NCBI GenBank assembly: GCA_032718475.1
Contig: JAUCBJ010008794.1
Coordinates: forward strand, 1-64,000
Direction: 5' to 3'
DNA from: Nemertoderma westbladi
Lineage: Eukaryota; Animalia; Xenacoelomorpha
Length of the DNA: 64,000 nucleotides
Below the pieces are notes generated by a model. It worked only from the letters and a program-made list of their open reading frames with translations, had not been told where the DNA came from and made no database searches. A program made the position numbers and the translations under genes. Shown in pieces: positions 35,241 to 48,071 of this stretch (position 1 is the stretch's first letter; each line of letters opens with the position of its first letter).

Positions 35241-38200
35241 CTAAGGTGCCCCTTCTAACAGACAGCATTTGCCTACAGCTCTCCTGTAGGTTTTTCTGTC
35301 CTTCGCACCTATCTTTCCACCTATCCGCACTTCTACCGATCGGACTCTTCCGTCCTCGTCGGAGTAGGTGCCTACAACTCTCGCCAACTGCCATTGGTTG
35401 TTGATGATAGTATCATCCGTAACGATTACGAGATCTCCCTCTCTTAACTCCCTGTTTGACTTCCTCCACTTGCTTCATTTATGGAGTGTGGGTAGGTATT
35501 CCTCGACCCACCTCCTCCAATACTCTGCGCTTATTGCCTTTGCGACTTTCCAACTTTGGCGGGAGTGTATGTCATCTGGGTCTACACCCCGCATATCGAT
35601 GGTCGCTGGCCTTTCCATCAGGAAATGGCTAGGCGTCAGCACGTCTAATGACTCAGGGTCATCATTCTCCGGATATAGCGGTCTGCTATTAATGATCCCC
35701 TACCCTCGCACTTCGCAAGTACTGTCCGTAAGACGTCCTCAGTGACCATGTGGGTGTTCATCAGCTTCGTCATTAGATGCTTTGAACTGCCCACCAGTCT
35801 CTCGACGCATCCTAGTGTATGTGGTGCATACGGCGTCCTTCTCTCCCACTTTACTTGTCGTCGCCTCATGGCTGCCCTGACTTCTTCTCCCTCCAAGATG
35901 TCCAAGGCCTCTGCCATCTCACTCTCTGCGCCCACAAAGTTGGTGCCGTTGTCGCTGTATATCACTGCGATCGTGCCACCTTTGCGGTCCCTAAACCTTT
36001 CTAAGGCGTTAATGAACGCTGATGCGGTTGCATCTTGGGCGAGTTCTATCCCTACCGCCCGCGTATTGTTGCATACGAAGATAATGCCGTAGCGTTTCTC
36101 CGTGTGTCGCATCACTTTGATCTTTATCGGCCCGAACATGTCCACACCGCAATGCGTAAATGGCGGGTCGTGCTGTCTTACCCTACTCGCCGGTAGTGGC
36201 GCCATCTCCTGTACGGCTCGCTCCTTCTTCACTCGTCGGCAGGTCTGGCACTGCCCCACTACCGCTTTTACCTTCTTCCTCAGTTGTTTGACCCAATAGG
36301 TCCTCCTTATCTCTGTGAGGGTTCGGTTGGTGCCCCCATGCAATATCGATTTGTGGGAGTCCCATATAATCTGGTGGACTATTGGCGATCCTGTAGGAAT
36401 GATGATGGGTTTCGGTGGTACGACTATGCTGTTGTTGTATCCCACCCTAGAATTCATTACTAGAATCCCGTCGTCATTGAGTTGTGGCGACAGCGTAATC
36501 AGCTCGCTGTCCCGTCGGAGGTGCTGTTGGTTACCGACGCGTTCCACCTCGTCGCCATAGTTCCTCCGTTGTTCATAGCGGATCACTGCCTTGGCCGCTC
36601 CTTCCAGATCTATGGTTGTCCTGATCTTCTTGTCCTTGCCAACTCCCGCAAGGAAATTCCCGAAGGCTCTCCAGTACGCCACTAGTTTCTTGGTCTTATA
36701 CCAACTAGAACTGTAGCTGAGGAGTTTATCCGTCGGGTTATCGCACAGTTCTCGTCCTGGTTGCACGTCCCTAATCTCCCTCACCATCTGGGAGTATATC
36801 TCTTCTCCCTCTGAATCTCCCTCTTCTCCTTCTGATACCACTTCTGAGCCCGGATCCACCTTTCTCATCGGCGGCCAGGCCTCCTTATCGCTCAGAAATT
36901 GTGGCCCATGCTGCCACAATACTTCCTTCTTCAGGAAAGTGTGGCGTTCTACGCCCCTCGACAGCAAGTCCGCTGGGTTCTCGTCTGTTGGGCAGTAGTG
37001 CCACCTTTCCAGTTCTGTGGTCGCCCTTATTTCGTCCACTCTATTTGCGACAAATATCGGGTATCTCGTCCTTTCGTTATGTAGCCAACCAAGCACTACC
37101 ATGGAGTCCGTCCAGTAGTGTGTCTCCACTATGTTGGGAATAGTATCCACTAGGTAGGCTGTGGCTCTAACTCCTAGTCTCGCAGCTGTCAATTCTAACT
37201 TGGGAACTGATGCTGAATCTGGCGGCGTTGACTTTGCTTTGCTAAAGGCTAGTCTGGGCTTATGAGCCCCCTCTCGTTGTACTAAATAGAGTGCCGCTCC
37301 GTACGCCTCCAACGATGCATTGGAGAACATGTGTAGGTCCAGACTCGTCATGTTCCCATCCGGGAAATACACTCGGGGCATGTTGTATGTTCCCATCTTC
37401 TCCAAGTCTCTTGTCCACTTGCTCCACTGCTTCTTGATTTCCTCTGGTACCTCTACGTCCCACTCATCCTTCAATTTGTATACTCTTTTGAGTATCTGTT
37501 TCCCCGTGACTAATAATGGGGATGCTAGGCCTAGGGGATCGTATATCCTTGCTATATACGATACATAACCCCTCTTCGTGTGGATGTCTGCGCCCTCCTG
37601 GCTCAGCTGATACTTCAGTTTGTCTGTCTCTCTATCCCACACGATTCCCAATGCCTTCTGCTGGGATTCCGTTCTCTTAATCGCCATGTCCTGCCCTTTG
37701 GCTGTTGTGGGATTATCCATGGTCGATTCTGGTTTCCTGTCCTCTATGGCTTTGATAAATTCTTCCGAACTGGATTGGAATTTTGTCAGGTTAAAGCCGG
37801 ATCCCTTTAGGATGTCGCGAACCTCGCGCCCTGTATCCAGTATCTCCTTAACCGTATTTCCAGACTCCATTCCATCGTCTACGTAGAAGCCGCGTCGAAT
37901 CATATCGACGGCCCTACTGCTGTATCTATCTTCCTTCCCCTTTACTGTGTCTCTCACTGCCATAGTCGTCGTAAATGAAGACGGCTTGGCCCCCATGTTC
38001 TGTACTACCATCTTATATGCCGGTATTATCGACGGTTCTTCCTCGCCGTTATACCATAAGAAGCGCTGACTGTCGCTATCTTCCTCCGTTACACGGACTT
38101 GGTTGAACATGCCTTCTATGTCACACGTGAAGGCGTGTTTCCCATTTCTAAATCTAAGTAACACCTCTATGCCCGAATTGTATATGTTTGGGCCTTCTAA

Positions 38201-39199
38201 CAGGTAGTCGTTTAAGCACTTTCCGTCGGTCTTTGCCGATGCGTCGACTACCATCCTTAGTTTACCTTTCTTTGGATCTAAAGCCACGTGCAGTGGCAGG
38301 TAATATGTCCTATCCGTGTTCGGCTCGTCGACCGGTTACTCCACGGCCCATCCTTTTTCGACGTACTTCTTAATCGTCCTGTGGATGTACTCATTCTTCT
38401 CGGGGCCCCGTTTTAGTGTTTGTTTCAGCTTGCGGAGTCTCGTGAGTACCATCCCTCTATTGTCGGGCAGCGGTATCTTCGGTAGTTTCCATACCATTCC
38501 TATAGTATACCGCCCCTCATTGCATGTCATCGATTCCTCCACGCTTTGTAAAGCCTGCTTGTCTTCTACCGAGGTCCCGACCCCGGTTTCTTTCAGTCCC
38601 TCGAAATCTTGTCTGAGCAGTCTTTTGAGCTGCTCCTCTGCTGCCTCGTCACCCATTTCCTGCATTGTTCCCGCGAACATGCATCCTGATGTCTCCGACA
38701 TCCTAAATGGTATCTTGCTCTTGATTGGACCACTCAGCGTCCACCCGAATGGTGTCAATATGGCCACCGGGTCACTCTGCTTGTCTTCGCCGAAGACCGT
38801 TTGCATTCTTTCGTGGGCCGTTGGGCAGTCCATACCTACTATGATGGATACCTTCCTAACGTCCACGTCTGGGATTGAGAAATCAATGTCGTCCAGGAAT
38901 TTATACTGCTCAACCTCGATGTTGGTTGGCCGCCTGGCATTGATATTAATTGACTCTATCACTTGGATGGGGTCGATGGTTGCCCCATAGTCGCATCCTG
39001 GTGCCACTGCTGCAATTGCGCACCGTCCTGTCCTCATCTCCAGGATCTCATCTTTGCTAGAGATGGTTGTTACCGCCATTCTGCTTGGCCTCGTTCTCAA
39101 TCCTATCTCTTCGGCCACCCATTCCTCAACCAGCATTAGCGTTGTTACTGATCGATTGCCTTCCCCAATCACTCGCACGGGTACTACTCCAAGTAGCAC
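35241..39199 (-). pseudogene. pol: E2 pol (protease region, RT, RNase H, integrase, DUF5641-like tail)
   Basis: ORFs 38336..39199 and 35645..38287 (FYVDD, FSNAS, WTDS, NPADLLSRG, YSDNGTNFV). A frameshifted tail ends ...KCCLLEGAP* at 35241. The protease DxG motif is missing and the RNase H Asp is changed to Asn. Confidence 0.93.
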
Positions 39200-39217
39200 C
39201 GTTCCTCTCTTCTTCGC

Positions 39218-42200
39218 TCATACTGTGCTCGTCGCCATCGTTTGGCCTCTTCTCTGACCAAATTTTATCGGCTTCTCCTTGCACTCCCTTGCTCTATGTC
39301 CACTCATTACACATCGCGAGCAGATGTTATTGCTCAACGCATAATCTATCTGATCTTGCCTAGGTAGCGCCTGCCAGTACCTGCAGTTCATGGTTTGATG
39401 AAGCGCATTTGCGTGTAGCTGGCATTTGCTCTTTGGGTCGTAGCCCTCTTTATACAGCGCATTGCGTATCGCAGTTGCGTTCGTACCAAAGTCCCTACTA
39501 TTCTTATTGTTTGGATTCAGCCTACTGGACGTACTGGGGTTATGTTTATTCGTGCTGTTATTGTTCCCCTGTCCGTTCCATGGTGTTGTCTCATCTTCGG
39601 CTAGCTGTGGACTTGCAGTCCCCTGCGTCGCTGCATATGGCAATGATTGCCTGAGCCTCGGTAATGCGTTTGATGTATTGTGCTCTGGTCTCGGTCTATG
39701 GTAATCCGTCTTCGGTCCCTTTCCCAGGCTATCTTCGCTGTAGACTGGGTCAGTTATTAGCTCAGCCTCGTAGTTTAAGAAGTTTGACATTTCTTCTAAA
39801 CCCGGTTCCGCACCCTTCTTGTCTCGAGTGGAGAAAGCAATTTTTCTCCACTTGTTGCGCATCCAACTCGGTAGTGCCTGCGCTATCGTGGTGATGTTAT
39901 TGGACGCATTGAGCTCGTATGGCGCGTCTAGCGTCTTCAGCACGATCAGCGCCTTTTCGACTTTGTTAGCGAACGTCTTAATGCTAACGGGATTATCCTG
40001 TAGGCCACCCGATGTTATGCCCCTCAGCGTCTGCCTGATGATCTTGGCCGGGTGCCCGTATTCCCTATCCAGTGCCCGCCATGCTGTCGTGAAGCCGCCC
40101 TCTATTCCTTGATATTGCCTCACGATATCGTATGCTGGGCCTCCCGTATATACTTTCAGATACTTTAGGCACTCCGCCTGCGTCAAGTTTTTTGTTAGTA
40201 TTTCGTTACTATACATGCGCCAAAACTGTAGATATTCTTCCGGCCTACTCCCATCGAATTTGAATGGTTCCACGGGTGGTAGCTCGATCCTCGTTTTCAA
40301 CGCATCGATCAGCGTGGCCATCCCCATCGCCTGCGCTTCCAATGGATTCGACGGGTGCTGTATAGTTTCTCCTGTCTGGTGCGGTTCGTCCGTCCTATTT
40401 CTTGATCTTCTCTGACTTGGGTATGTCATCGGGGGTAGCGGCCCCCTCCATATTTCTGTGTCACACGACCTGTTTTCATCTAAGGGTCTCGTTGTTCTTG
40501 CTCCTATCGGGGTATATTGTTGATATTGTGATGGGGGAATGTCACCCTGTCCCCCCCCCCCCCCCGCCGGTATGTTTGGTAATGGGGTTGATGTTAATAT
40601 GTTGGGGCCCATACACCTATCCGCAATAATTCCCCCCTCCCCTGGGTATATGTTATGTCCCTGCATGCTGTAGTCATACTGCTGTACTGGTACCGGTATA
40701 GGCCTATCAGCTTCTGGCCTACTCGCCGGTATGTATTCCGCGACTTCCGGGTTTAATCCCATTGTCCACGCTATCCTATCGCCTACATTGCCTCTCTCAG
40801 TATGGCCTATGGTATGTGCAGTAAGGCCTACAGTATGTCCTACAGTCTGCATGTGTTGTTCGGGATCGAAGTTTATTCTTCTCGAATAATCCTCCCCGCG
40901 GCTACCGTATTCTCGATCGGTAGGTATATTCCGTCGGAAAGTTTCTCTTCGACCCCCCTCTCTACTGTTCTTATCTTCGTACCGGTACATCGCGTACCCC
41001 TCTCTCGGCGCGTAGTGCGCCTCACCGGGTCGCATCTCTCCGGGGCGACGGCAATCTCCCGGAGTCCGACCCCACTGACTCTCTGTTCTCATCTCGACTA
41101 CCGATGGCTCGCTATCCGTCCTCGCTCTTCTATCGTTCGCGGCGATACTTCTACTACTGTTTTCTCTTCTTCTCCTTTCAGTGGAGCATTCCCACTCGTG
41201 AGATCTCTCGTCGACCTCCCGGTTAAACCCCACTGTTCTTCTTCCCTCTTCTGATCGGGCTCGACGCTTCGTCCGCCCTCTCACGACCTCAACCTGTCTC
41301 TCTCTACTCGGTCGCACGCCGCTGGGGATACTCGCAATCCCCCTATTACTCTCCGTCGCCGGGTGTTGCGGTTTACCTATTTCGGCCCGCGCATTATCCG
41401 CTGACGGCTGTGGGGCACTCTTTGCCCCCTCCCTTTCGCCGCTGACTTGCTGTTGTGGGGCTCTCGTAGCCCCCCCCCCCCACTCGCCACATCTAACTTC
41501 GCTATCCCTCACTACGCTACTATATCCCTCTCTAGTCGACACATCAACCCTATCGCGGTCAGGTCTATTCACCCCCGCCTCTCTCTCTGCTATTGCATGG
41601 CCTACCAGGCCCTCTGCTCCCTGCCTACCGACTATGCGGCCTACCAGGCCCTCGCTGGGTCCATCCAACCCAGCCACTCCCTGCCTACCAACTACGTGGC
41701 CCACCAGGCCCTCGCTGGGTCCATCCAACCCAGCCACTCCCTGCCTACCAACTACGTGGCCTACCAGGCCCTCGCCGGGTCTACCTAACCCAGCCACTCC
41801 CTGCCTACCAACTACGTGGCCTACCTGGGCCCCATCTGTCTGGCCATACACGCCCAACGTGTTTGCATTAATAGCACCCGTATTGGAAACGGAATTAATT
41901 TGTTCGTTTGAAACAAAATCATTTGAATTACTTTGCACGACTACACTATCTGAATTACTTTGTAAATTCGGGCTTGGATCATTAATTAAATTATTTGAAT
42001 TATTATTATTTTGATTATTTGGATTATTTTGTGTAGCTACATTAATATTAGAATTATTTTCTACATTAATGTTCGGAATGTCCTGATTTAAATTTAAATT
42101 ACTACCACTAGGTAAAGTATTTCCTGCAATAAAGGTTTGATTAGAATTATCCCATACGGTACTATTAATATTAACCACGTCTACTGTACCATTATCATTA

Positions 42201-43859
42201 TTACCCCCCCCCCCCCCCCCCCCCCCCGCCCGTACGGTCACACCAGTTTTGGGTCTGTCGTGCGGTCCCTGTAAGTGGGGTATTAATAAATGTATCCACG
42301 GCCCCTGGCTCCTCTAAAATACTCGAGCCTGTCTCGCTCTCAGACGCCCCCGCCCGCACCAGTTGCAGCTCGTGCGCGCGTCTAACCCTATGTTCCCCAA
42401 GCTCACTTTGGCGTCTCTTTAATTCCTCATGGTCTCGCTCGGCTCCTGCCATTCTCCTCTCACACTCCCGCGTGTCCCGCTCAGCCAACTCTACTACTTT
42501 CCTAGCACTCTCCCTTCGCCTCGCTTCACGCTCCTTACGTTCGCTTTCCTTTCTCGCCTCATGCTCCTTGCGTTCCGCCTCACGCTCTTTGCGTTCCTTT
42601 TCCTCCCTTGCCTCACGCTCCTTGCGTGCCCTTTCTTCTCTCGCCTCATGTTCCTTGCGTTCCGCCTCGCGCTCTTTGCGTTCCCTTTCCTCTCTCGCCT
42701 CATGCTCCTTGCGTTCCGCCTCGCGCTCTTTGCGTTCCCTTTCCTCTCTCGCCTCACGTTCCCTACACTCCTTTTCCTCTATTTCCTCACACTCCCTAAG
42801 GCCTCTCAAAGCCCTTTCGGCCCTCTCTCCGGTTTCTCTAATCAATGCCGCTTCCCTCTCTAGCCGCATTCTCCCCTCCTCTAGCCGTTTATCCATTTCC
42901 CTCTGACCTTGCTCTATCAGCTCGAGACGGTACGCGGCACCTGCCTCTCTCACCAGTCTTTCTTTCGCGGAGGATGTAGCAGACTTATCGGTTACGACGG
43001 ACTCCCTCCGCCTTCCCGATCTACTAACTTTCCCCCTCCTCCCGGAACTCCCTCCGACCGACGAGGCCGAATCCTCGGGGTTAACCTCGGATTCGCCCCC
43101 TTCAGGTCTGTTCCAACCCATTAATTTTATACCCCGGGCATCGATTAAATATGGCCCTATGTACACTACACTAGGTTGTATACCCCCATGCCGCCATGAG
43201 TCATACAGTTCCTCGGCAACCTTTCTCGCTCTCTCCTCGGCCAATTCTCTCTGCCCGAAACGCATTAGATAGTATAAATGTCTGTCCGACTTACCTAGTC
43301 CTGACTTCAGTTTTACCTCGTCTATCGTTTTCCCCTTTCTGGCCTCCTCTAGTAGTCTCCGGGTCGCGTTGTAGGCCCGTCGAAGTCGCTCAGAAACCCC
43401 GACGTCCTCGTCGCCGACCCCTCGTCCGTCTCTCCGGGTTCGACGTCGTACCGGCGGCCCCACCGTCGCCGTTCCGGTGGGCCGTTCGTCGCCCTCGGCC
43501 TGTAGCTGGCCGGCGACATCGGTACCGATATCTCCTTCGTCTCTCTGCGTCCGGGGCCGCACCGTCGGCCCCACCGTCGCCGTTTCGGTGGGCCGCTCGT
43601 CGCCCTCGGCCTGTGGCTGGCCGGCGACACCGGTGCGTCGACCCCCGTCCCGTGTCGACTCGTCTCCTTCTCCCTCCGTCTCGCTCTCTCTTCCTCTCGG
43701 CTCGACCTCGGGTTCCAGGCCCCCCTCGTCCTGAACTGCCGGATGACCCGTTACCGATGGGTCCGGCGTCGTGGGCCTATATCGCCTGGTTGCGGCCTCG
43801 CGGATCGTTAGCTCTTCGTCCGGGGTCCGCGTCGGTGTTATCTCACCCGACTGACTCAT
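39218..43859 (-). pseudogene. gag: E2 gag (E/R/K coiled-coil repeats, DUF1759-like region, CCHC knuckle), frameshift at poly-C ~42203-42228
   Basis: ORFs 42201..43859 and 39218..42241 (PFKFDGSRPEEYLQFW, CQLHANALHQTMNC, CSRCVMSGHRAREC). Confidence 0.9.
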
Positions 43860-43917
43860 CTTTCCCCTGCAGATTTGGTGGCTGGTGGTTACAGAGTTTA
43901 TCTAGGGCGGCAGCTGG

Positions 43918-43926
43918 TTTAGTTAC
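43918..43926 (-). promoter_or_regulatory. E2 non-tRNA primer-binding site GTAACTAAA (complement in the LTR at 44085-44093)
   Basis: Abuts the 5' LTR end ...GTCACA. It is a 9/9 complement of minus-strand TTTAGTTAC in both LTRs (44085-44093 and 30386-30394). Confidence 0.65.
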
Positions 43927-44459
43927 TGTGACGGGATCCAAGAGGGATCCCGGTTTATCCGGTTTTAGTTCACGCGTCCCCGCCGTGTATAAAGAGTGAA
44001 TGAGTTCTGATGTTTGTCGTATATAATATGATATGCAGATATAGATATAGATATAATATTGTCGTATATGGAAGGCGGGATACGGTAACTAAAGTCCCGG
44101 TCCTTCCCTAGCTAAACTATTGTAACCTAATCTAGCACCGGTATTGCACTGAGATAACTGAATTGGTATGATTACTGCCAAGTGGCTATATTGCACGGTT
44201 GGCCTTGTTACTCTACCTAATCGATGCCTTTCCCCCCTCTGATTGGTTGATACCCTTGTTGGCGCCCTTTGGAGTGTTCCCGTTCACTCCACCTATTCTC
44301 TCTGGGTTAGGGGTTTGGCCCCTGACCCTCATTGTGTGCTTCTCCTTCCCATTCTTATTGGGATGGCACGAGTTGGTTAATTACCCAATCTCGTGGCTCC
44401 CAATATTGCTTATCGGCTTATAACTTTATGGGGTGTTAGCGGGATTGAATAAGCTAACA
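43927..44459 (-). repeat. E2 5' LTR
   Basis: Direct repeat of 30228-30760, followed by the TSD TCTAT. Confidence 0.97.
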
Positions 44460-44809
44460 TCTATATTTGTTATATTTAATAATTCAATTAGTGCATACAT
44501 TTTTTTACGCTATACCAATGGTGTTAAATTACTCGTCGAATGCATAACAGATTAAGAAAAGTAACAGGGAATCCCCTCATGTTATTATTTATGACGCGTC
44601 CAGCATAGTACAACTCCCTACTCCAATACTGCAGCCAATCGGATTGCAGTATTCTTTTGTACAGGCCTCGTTTAGCTTACTAATGTTGTGATGCCTTGAT
44701 ATGGATGCCTGGCGGACGGGGCCCATTTTATTCCACCAATGGGGATCGAGAATTCCCTTAGTGTTGTTCCCTGCTTGTAGTATTATCTTTTCTAAACATA
44801 AACTTTGAT

Positions 44810-45223
44810 ATGGCACGCATCCAGCACCTTTTCCTTCACACGGAGGGGTGCATTTATGTTTTCTCTCAAAAATGCATAAAACTTAATAAAGTGCTTTTGT
44901 CTGTTTTTTAAGTCTTCCAAAAACATATCTTTAATCTTTCCGGATGAATTTAGTGACGAACCGAGGTAAATTTCAGAGTTTGAATGATTTATACTTCCGT
45001 GACTCAAAGTAAGTGGCTTGTGGTAACTTTCACCAGAATTGATGCAGATATAGCTACATTTGGTGGGATTTAGTGTGATGAAGTTTTCTAAACAATATTT
45101 TTCCAGTGTTTCCAATTTTACTTCGGCAAGTGTTCGGCTGGTTGCTAGGACAAAGGCTGGGGCTAGATCTTCGCCCCCCCGGGGGCTAAAGGGGCAAGAA
45201 AAAGGCCGAAAAAACGAAACGAT
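44810..45223. repeat. Local copy of ~29390-29823 (LINE piece plus flank) between ~125-bp direct repeats
   Basis: Near-identical to 29390-29823, including the LINE junction. Flanking repeats are ~44687-44810 and 45224-45321 continued at 59673-~59702. Confidence 0.85.
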
Positions 45224-45321
45224 TGTGATGCCTTGATATGGATGCCTGGCGGACGGGGCCCATTTTATTCCACCAATGGGGATCGAAAATTCCCTTAGTT
45301 TTGTTCCCTGCTTGTAGTATT

Positions 45322-46474
45322 TGTTCGCGCTTTTAGACCTTTAGCAGTTTAACCTGCCAATTTTAGGTGTCTTCTTGTTTATAAATCGACTTTAGCCTAT
45401 GACAATTATTTATTACACTGAAATAACATTAGCCGAAGCCAGTCTATGCGCGACCATTCACCCACTGTTAAGGGAGACTGGATTCGGATGCTTGGACTTA
45501 TTATTGCGTTGTAGACCTACTGTATTATTCGATTGATTGTTACTATATAATCTCTGACAATATATTTACTTTCGGGGAAATATTAACAGTTCCTTTAGGA
45601 CGTGGCGCTTTAAGTATAAAAGCAGAGTTATGACTTATACTAATCACAACTAGATGGCTACTGAGTTACGTAAAAGGCGCATTCTTTAGGAGATGCTTTA
45701 TTACCTGTCACACTGCTTCACACGACTTCACACTACCTCACACTGATCTGCCGACCGTCACTGAATTTGATCATATATAAGGAGGATAGCAACTGACACA
45801 TGTAGGGATTATGAAATAGCATTTAATTCACACAAAACCACTAAAATGTAAGTCGCAATTGCTACTGGTAACCTGTCCTCTCACCTTCAGTAATCAAGAA
45901 GATTGGGGTTTTATGATTCTTTATCGGTGTTCTCCAAATATAACAATATATCCATCAACATATATAACAATTAATAACCAACAGTAAAATAAGGCGGTGA
46001 ACAATCAGTATGTGTTACTTAGTGCAACAGCAGTTGATATGGTTAGGTGATATGTAGTCAGGTAACAGTTTTACGTTTCGATAATCCAAGCCATCTAATG
46101 TTCTGGACAAAGTCTGAAACTTCTACAGAAGCACAGAAGAATCCTAAGCCGGTGTTCTGGGCTTAGAAAAGATAACAACAACACTGAATTGCGTGGGTTT
46201 CTGTAGGCCCCTTTCAACGCAAAGTGAAAATCGCTCTGATTGGCCGAACAGAACAAAGAAAAAGCTCCACGAGTACAGTAAATCAGCTGGTAGATGTCGT
46301 CATCTGAATTCCAGTCTTAGAGTATTAAGCGCATTGCGGCAAAAATGGCTTGTTTTGTCCGCCAAAGCACACATGCAGACACAGCGGGTAAAAATGGCTT
46401 GTTATGTCCACTAAAACACCTACACAGTATATTGCGGAGAAAAATGGCTTGTTATGTCCGCAAAAGCTTTTACA
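45322..46474 (-). repeat. E3 3' LTR
   Basis: Direct repeat of 58520-59672. The PPT TTTTCTGGGAGCGG is at 46475-46488. There are three AAAATGGCTTGTTATGTCCGC-like repeats near the U3 end. Confidence 0.97.
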
Positions 46475-47243
46475 CCGCTCCCAGAAAATGGGATTTGAGT
46501 CTATAAAATATGTAAAATCACAGTTTCTAAAATATAAAAAATCCTCTAAACTACTAGTCCTTCTTACGTGAATGGTGTTTACGAAGTTTTTTGAGGCTAG
46601 CCAGAGTCCTTTTCTCTTTGGGGCGAGCCACTTTACTAGGAGGGCTATAACTCCTGGGTGAAGGGTGTAATACAATTGCATCGGAAGGTTTAGGGTTACG
46701 GTCAGTGTCTCGTCCATTTCGATATGCTTCTCCTCGAGCTGATTTTCCTCCGCCTGTCGTTGGATGCGTTCGTCCAAAAAACTCTCGCAGAGAATAGGGT
46801 CGTCCAAGTACGATGTCTTCCTCGAGATTCTGGATTTCTCAATCGAACTGGGGTAAGGCCAATTCTTTCACCGCTTGGACTTGCTGCTGCAATTTACGTT
46901 TATCTAAACAAGCATAGGTTCCTTTTCCGTTCTTTTGTCAAATAGCGTCTAACGCATTTCGTACAACGCTCTCCTCGACTTCGATGACGGGTTGTATCGG
47001 GGTTAAACCGGGACGATTATACGGGTTGAACGGTGATATTAGATGTCCGCGTCCCAATCCGGCTAGGTAGGATGGGCGAATGTCTAGAGAGCCCACTACC
47101 GGAGTGCCACCGATTAATTGTTAGGGTAACACTAGATCTTTGAACAGTGAGTACAGTTCATTATACTATTAGGATCAAGAGTTTGAGGTCTCACTAGGGA
47201 ATGAGGAGGTCTGACCGAGTATTCCGGAACTCTGATCATCGGT

Positions 47244-48071
47244 TTATTTTAAGGATCCTTTGAGTCGAGAGAGCGTAGGTGATACGTCGAACAAGTTTCG
47301 CTCGAAACTCCCGTAAGTATAGAGAGTAAAACTGTGTTTAGCGCAATGTCTCCGCGGATGTTAATGTCTTTCCGTTTGCTGGTTGGGTCTAGGGCATTCA
47401 TCGCAATAATACCAAAGACGCATATCCTGTAGGGGAAACGCGGGTGATCGTTCTCCAGTTTTACAATATTCCTCTATCTGTTCGAAGCTATCCGGTACAA
47501 CAAGTGGTGGTCGATCGGCGGTAAGATACATCATAGTGAAATAGAGCCGTTTGAGTTCTATCATAGGGTCATGATGTATACCTTGAGGATATCGAGTTTC
47601 TAGATTTTTTTGACTGGCAATATTGAGATATGTTTCTCTCAAGAATTCCAGATATTCGTTGAAGTCACTGCGTTTATCCGGCTCTTCAACGTCTTCTCTT
47701 TCGAGTTGATTTCGAATAGAATTTTCGTGTTCGAGTCTCAGTTTATCGTTCCGACTCCGCTGGGTATGATATTTAAATAGAATCATTTCCCTTTTGGTGT
47801 CTACATCGTCAGTATCGTGTAAATCGATAGGATGACCAGTAATTAAGAAGTCCATATATGTACCATTACGATGCGTATAGCGAGTGGTGAATTTTCTATA
47901 GTCCAATTCACGCGTGAGTTGTTCCTTGGACATTGGCGGTTTGATATAACGGCCATCGTCCTCCGTAGTAGTTGGACTAGCGTCGCCGCGTATTAAGCTA
48001 TCAACAAACGCTTGCAACGGTAAGGTATATCGCTCCCTGATACCAAGATCATCTTCTATCAACTCAGTCAT
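47244..48071 (-). CDS. E3 accessory ORF, homologous to the N-terminal domain of E1 ORF3 (in-frame stop at 47361)
   Basis: ELKRLYFTMMYLTADRPPLVVPDSF...WYYCDEC...RH*HPRRHCAKH aligns with E1 EISCLYHTMQYLKAHEPMPAVRDEF...YYKCGAC...ARCSNH. Confidence 0.75.

Larger units (their letters stand above)
30228..44459 (-). mobile_element. BEL/Pao LTR retrotransposon E2 (full length, young, ORFs disrupted)
   Basis: 533-bp TGT...ACA LTRs at 30228-30760 and 43927-44459, with 3 differences seen by eye. 5-bp TSD TCTAT (30223-30227, 44460-44464). Contains gag-pol and an accessory ORF. Confidence 0.97.

Noticed and set aside
42429-43999. Plus-strand ORFs overlapping gag/pol (e.g. 43196..43999, 38316..38990, 56427..56821)
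   Set aside because: They are antisense shadows of GC-rich or repetitive coding sequence with no recognisable motifs.
46325-46807. 160-aa ORF as a fourth E3 gene
   Set aside because: It has a non-ATG start, runs through the PPT into the LTR and shows no recognisable motif. It could be a decayed continuation of the accessory ORF but is unsupported.
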